This document shows, in pieces, positions 59,283-64,000 of a DNA stretch of 64,000 nucleotides (position 1 is its first letter; each line of letters starts with the position of its first letter). Below the pieces are notes generated by a model. That model saw nothing but the letters and a program-made list of their open reading frames with translations, ran no database searches and had not been told where the DNA came from. The stretch lies in NCBI GenBank assembly GCA_004431415.1, contig QPMI01000010.1:310001-374000 (forward strand), written 5' to 3'. The stretch is from Cyanophora paradoxa CCMP329 (taxonomy: Eukaryota; Plantae; Glaucophyta). Made by a program: the position numbers and the translations under genes.

Positions 59283-62200
59283 ATGCATATGAACGGCAGC
59301 ACCAGCAGCATCGATATCGGCAGGCCTAGGGTTGCTTTCGCGATCGCCCTGCGGGCGATCTGTCTTGCCCTTGGTCTCACGGCTGCGGCCGCTCAACTCG
59401 TCAACGGCGTCAATACTTTAGGCGGGACTGCTCCAGGCGGCTACATTGCTTCCCGGGCCCCCGCGACCTTCTTCTCCTACGTCTATGGGAACATGGGGAT
59501 GTCGCCGGTGCTATGGTGCGCCCTTGCTTAATAATAGTTCGAGGCTTCAAGGACTCTCTCTCGTGCCTCTTGATCGCGAGCTCGTCACGCACGCGTACGT
59601 GTACGGCGCGCAGGACTTTCACAGCAGAGACGCCAGGGGATCGTGTTGAGTTGGCTTTGGAGTTCACAAATGCAGCTACCGGAAGTATGGTCAAGGTAAT
59701 CGCAGATCGCAATTGCTTTAATTTATATAAGTGCATGCAGATCGATATCTTGATTGAATTGCTACGTATACTTACACCTTGTAATTGAAAGGTCTTCGAT
59801 CTGGGCACGACTCCCATGACATTTCTGGCGCCTTACATAGATGCGTCGTTGCCAACGTCGACGCGAACATTTACAAGCACGTCCGACACGCTGTGCGCGC
59901 TTTACTAAGTTAGTTTGCTTTAATAAACGCATCGATATATCTTTACATTGAAATTTCCGATTTCGAACCATGGCCAGTCTTGTCATGCTACAAGATACTG
60001 GCTACAGCATAGGCCCTGTCAACGTATCGTTTTCGTACCAGAGCGTCCCTTCGACTCGTGCGCTTCTAGATCTGAATTCTCCGGATTGAGCTACATACAG
60101 TGCTAGCGCTGATGCGTGCACACGGGGCGTCGGCAGAGGCGGCGAGCCCGGCGACCACATTGTCCGAATCGGATATCGCTACCTACAAATCTTCGATTAA
60201 TCCTACGAACGCCCGTGCTATCCCCTCGCACTTCAATTGGTCAACATTGTCCATTCTGCCGGGCGGGCAAGCTTCGTTTTATGTGCCTGCTAATTATGCA
60301 GAGGACTCCTTTTACATCTGGTCGGCATCTCTGATTTCCCATGCTGCAGCTGCCATCACATTTGGCTCGTGAAAGTATTGCTAATGTTTTGTTTTTTGAC
60401 GCGTCCAGGCACGCCAAAGTAGCGGCAACGCCTTGCGGAAACACTACAATGAATCTGACGGTCCTTGAATTCGACACAAGAACTGCCGCGGGAACCGGGG
60501 GCACGGGGGGCGATTACTTCGTTGTCCGTTTGCGCCGCCCAAAATTGAACGTGATACTGCATGCGCAATTACATTGATCATGAGTCTCAATCGCAACAGA
60601 TATACGAGTTGAAGCCTTCGGCTCGCCCCGGCAGGGACGCGAACACCAGGCTCGCCTACATCATCGGCCAGGGAACAGTGTCCGTCAACAACACGGTCTA
60701 CAACACATCGGCAGGGAGCGAGCTCCTCGTCTTCTTCTTTTCTTACGGCGGCCCTGTCAGCAATGCCGGCGTGACGTCAACCGTCTCCTCCTCCCTTATC
60801 GGCGCTTCCTGCGCCGCGGCCACACCTTCTCCGTCTCCTAGGTGAATATTCAACCCCCCCCCCCCCCCCCCCCCCCCTCCCCCCCCTTTGAACTTTATCA
60901 TTTTCTCGAACTGCCCGCGCACCGTGCTCGTGCTCTCCTTTCTGGATTCCTTGTGACCAGATGCTCGGCAGCGCGAGCCCGTCGCCAACCCCATCGCCGT
61001 CCCCATCGCCAACCCCATCGGCATCCGGATCCGGTCCAACCCCGAGCCCCCCTTCTAGCGTCATCAACCAGCTGCAGCCCACGGCATCCCCGTCTCCTTT
61101 GCCTGGATCCGGAAACGCCAACGGCACTGGCACGTCTCCAGCTCCAGCTGGGTTGGTCGGGCAAGGGTTCTCCAAGAATTACACGGGGCTGGTGAGGCAG
61201 ACTAGTATACGTACAGGTTGAAAGTTTCACGTAGGGCAAAGGCTGAGCAATTATTGCGCAAGCGCAGCCGAGACTGGCGATCGTCCAGCTCCGCTTCGCC
61301 GGCGTTTCGTTCAACCTCTCCAGCGCGAGCGGCAGTGGGTCGCCCCTTTTGCTGGGGGTGCGCGAAGTTTGAACTTTTGCCGGATGCAGGCAATCAGGGA
61401 ATATATTGAATTTCCGCCCAGGATGGAGCTGTCCGCATCGATATCGGCATCGTCGTCGTCCAAGCCCCGATCGTATGTCTTTAATTTTCCGGCACTGATG
61501 CTCCATTAGCACTCTAGAGCTAGATCTTATGATCAGTCTCGGCCGTTTGATCCCCTCCTGCGCAGCCTGGCGGTTCCGGAGTCGTCACCGTCCGCGGCGA
61601 GGGGCTCCCTGTACGTTTTTTATATAATTAAATATTCCGGTTCGTCTTCGTTGAGAAATTAAAGAGCTCATTTTCGTCGCAGACTGGAGAGCCGATTGAG
61701 ATTTTCATCGTGGACTTTGCGACTCAGCAGTGGGTGAAGGCCCCGTTCGCGGAGATCGCTTCATCCACCGAGATCCGCTTCCGTGAGATACATATTCCTC
61801 CCAAGATCGATATTTTGCCCATATACACGAATTCGAAGAGCTCGAGCCCGATTCGGATCCCGTCCAATTCATTTATTTAGTCTTATAATTACGTCTAATT
61901 GAAATGAACCTTTGCAGCTAGCTATAGCTATAACAGGGCCCTTTCTCTCGAGCAAATCACGCTGAGCTAGCCGCTTCCCTGCAGAGTCTCCTGCGATGCC
62001 GAGCTCGAGCCGTCGGAAGTCCCTTCGCTCAGTTCTCGGCTCCACCGTTGTCTTCGTCGCTGGCCGCTCTTACGATATTCGCGTCACCTCAATTGCCGCG
62101 GTCCCAACCTTTGCGCCTTTTGTTATGGGCAACGTCAGCACTTTGACGTCACCTCATGATCACTTAAGCTTAAGCTTCACTTCCGCTTCAATTTTCTGAC

Positions 62201-63088
62201 GATGTTGGTTTTGGAGCGCAGGTTTTTCAGTGGATCCCTACCGCGGCGGCTGCATCGTCAAGCAAGCCGCTCTGCTATTAGTAAGTCGACGTCGTGTACA
62301 ATTGCAATTGAATATATAGATTGTTGTACGTATACGCGAGCTCCATACTAACCTTGAACGCTCCCAGCCACCAAACGTGCCCGCAGCTCAATGCCGCTTC
62401 CAGCACTCATGCGGTGAGCCGAGCAGTGATGACTCAGTGCATTGCAGTTCCTCAATGAATCTTTGGGTATTATCGACTCACAACGCGCAACGCTCGACAG
62501 AGTCTCTGGGGGACTGTTGCGTCGATGACTGCGGCGCTTCTCCTGAACCTGGTCATGAACGTGATCAGGCTCTAGAACACGCGTACGGGGTTCGCTTTAA
62601 GATTGCAGCGAAGCCTCGGGTCTTGTTCTGTTGAATAAAATGTCACCAGATCATCGGTTGCGTGGGAGCGGGGTGGGGGGTGGGGTGGGGGGGGGCATGT
62701 CAGCAACTAAATATTCTGTTAAATTCGGGGGGCGGGGGGGGGGGGGGGGGGGGGGGGAGGGAGGAAGGGGTGGCTAGCAGATTATCTCGTCGTTGGGTTC
62801 GAAACGAGGTCAGCACCGGTACCGCGGCCCCTGACCCGGTGACCTGAGATCTGAGAACCAATTCGATCTCGCGCACGCCTACTTATATGCGTCCGCCCGC
62901 AGTAAACGTCCGCCTTGAACCTGAGGGCTTCGACCATATCGTCATCCAGAACGTGCGTCCAGACTTTAAATAGCTAGAATCGCTCTCCGAGGCTCGCACA
63001 AGCTAGCGCTCAAGTAGCCGCCACTTGTACCCCGCAGGCGTTCCAATGGATTTCGGTCGGGTCCTCCAGTGGTGGATCGTACGCGTAA
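59283..63088 (+). CDS. Secreted/surface protein with (SP/TP)n linker and IPT/TIG-like domain
   Basis: Signal peptide RVAFAIALRAICLALGLTAAAA-Q; beta-rich exons; SPSPTPSPSPSPTPS linker (~60975-61060); PGGSGVVTVRGEG..FAEIASSTEIRF; probable stop at 63086-63088. Confidence 0.6.
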
Positions 63089-64000
63089 CGCGTGTCACCC
63101 TCCGTGCGCGCGCATCATTAAATTGCTGCCAGATCTATATATAGGGCTGCGTGACATCAACGTCGTCGTCAAATTAAATAATGGATCCGGATTTCGCAGA
63201 TACACCGCGTGTGCACCCCGCCGCAACTAAACCACGCGTCATTGACCCGTGCGGTGCGCTCGATTTGCGTTTCCTCTTCCCTATTGCAACCTATACTGCT
63301 ACTTATAATGAGAGCTGGCCGCGGCTCACATTGGGATGCAGGGCGGCATTCAGCTCCTCCTTAGTCTCCTGGCGGGCGCTCTCGCCGTTGCCCTATAATA
63401 GCAGCTGCAGCCGCCGCGGTGCTAGCGCGATACAGCGCCGCGGCGATGAATAAACACGACAGCAGTGCAGATGCGCACCGCAGTAATGGTAATAGCATAG
63501 TACACCCGGTGACCGCAATGACTTGCACGTGTACCCTTTAATTTCGCATTGTTTTGGTCAAGCCTTTTTTGTGGATAGGACGCGTTATAATTAACGTTCG
63601 CATGAGCCTCGGAGCAAGAACCCTTATAATTAAGCTTGCGAACCCCAAGGCGCGCGCCGCGGCAGGCAGGGTCTTGTCGCCAGTCACCTCCATGCATACG
63701 ACTATGGCCCAGTATTGAGTACTAGTGCCCCGGTGGTGCCCCGGTGGCGAGCGATAGGCGCCGGCCTGTTTAGTATGTGAATTTTCGACTTGAATTTTCG
63801 GGGCACAGCGCAGCCATTTCTACATCCCCGATCTCTTCATGATCACTGCCCCGCCCCCCTTCAGCCGGGGGCGCTTTCTTCGTTATGGATGCGCTTCATT
63901 ACGAGGGCGCGCACCCCCTGGAGCTCGGCGGCCCTCCCGACGCAGACCTGCCGGCCGCGAAACTCAGCGCGCCCCCGAGCGCCAGGCTTGGGGAAGGGGG

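Overview
Eukaryotic nuclear DNA, very GC-rich, with many short (mostly 50-100 nt) spliceosomal introns. These have GTGCG/GTACC and frequent GC donors, and YAG acceptors. Most raw ORF-track entries are artefacts, so the genes below were spliced by hand. Two proteins begin with MAF/MAAF transit peptides, pointing to an alga with a Phe-type primary-plastid import signal (glaucophyte-like; inference). Genes in order: 3' end of a membrane-anchored protein, a CaMK-family kinase, a small unknown protein, a conserved DDLxDYEDD protein, NDUFAF8, a coiled-coil protein, an F-box + macrodomain protein, a TRANK1-like SF1 helicase apparently fused to a beta-helix, an FHA-PBZ-permuted macro-HIT-ZnF aprataxin, a plastid 2-TM protein, two paralogues sharing an unassigned (CudA/STAT-like?) domain, plastid YgfZ, DDAH, a ferric reductase, and a secreted IPT/TIG protein. 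Three intergenic islands (28.3-29.5, 39.2-42.7 and 55.9-59.2 kb) hold TA-flanked and hAT-type MITEs in scrambled palindromic sequence. Top findings: (1) a GTAC/poly-C signature confined to the distal bodies of conserved genes, suggesting an undescribed gene-body DNA-modification or mutation process; (2) a block of ADP-ribose and nucleic-acid surveillance genes with unusual domain architectures; (3) palindromic footprint-like patches around the MITEs. Exon borders and some start codons are approximate.
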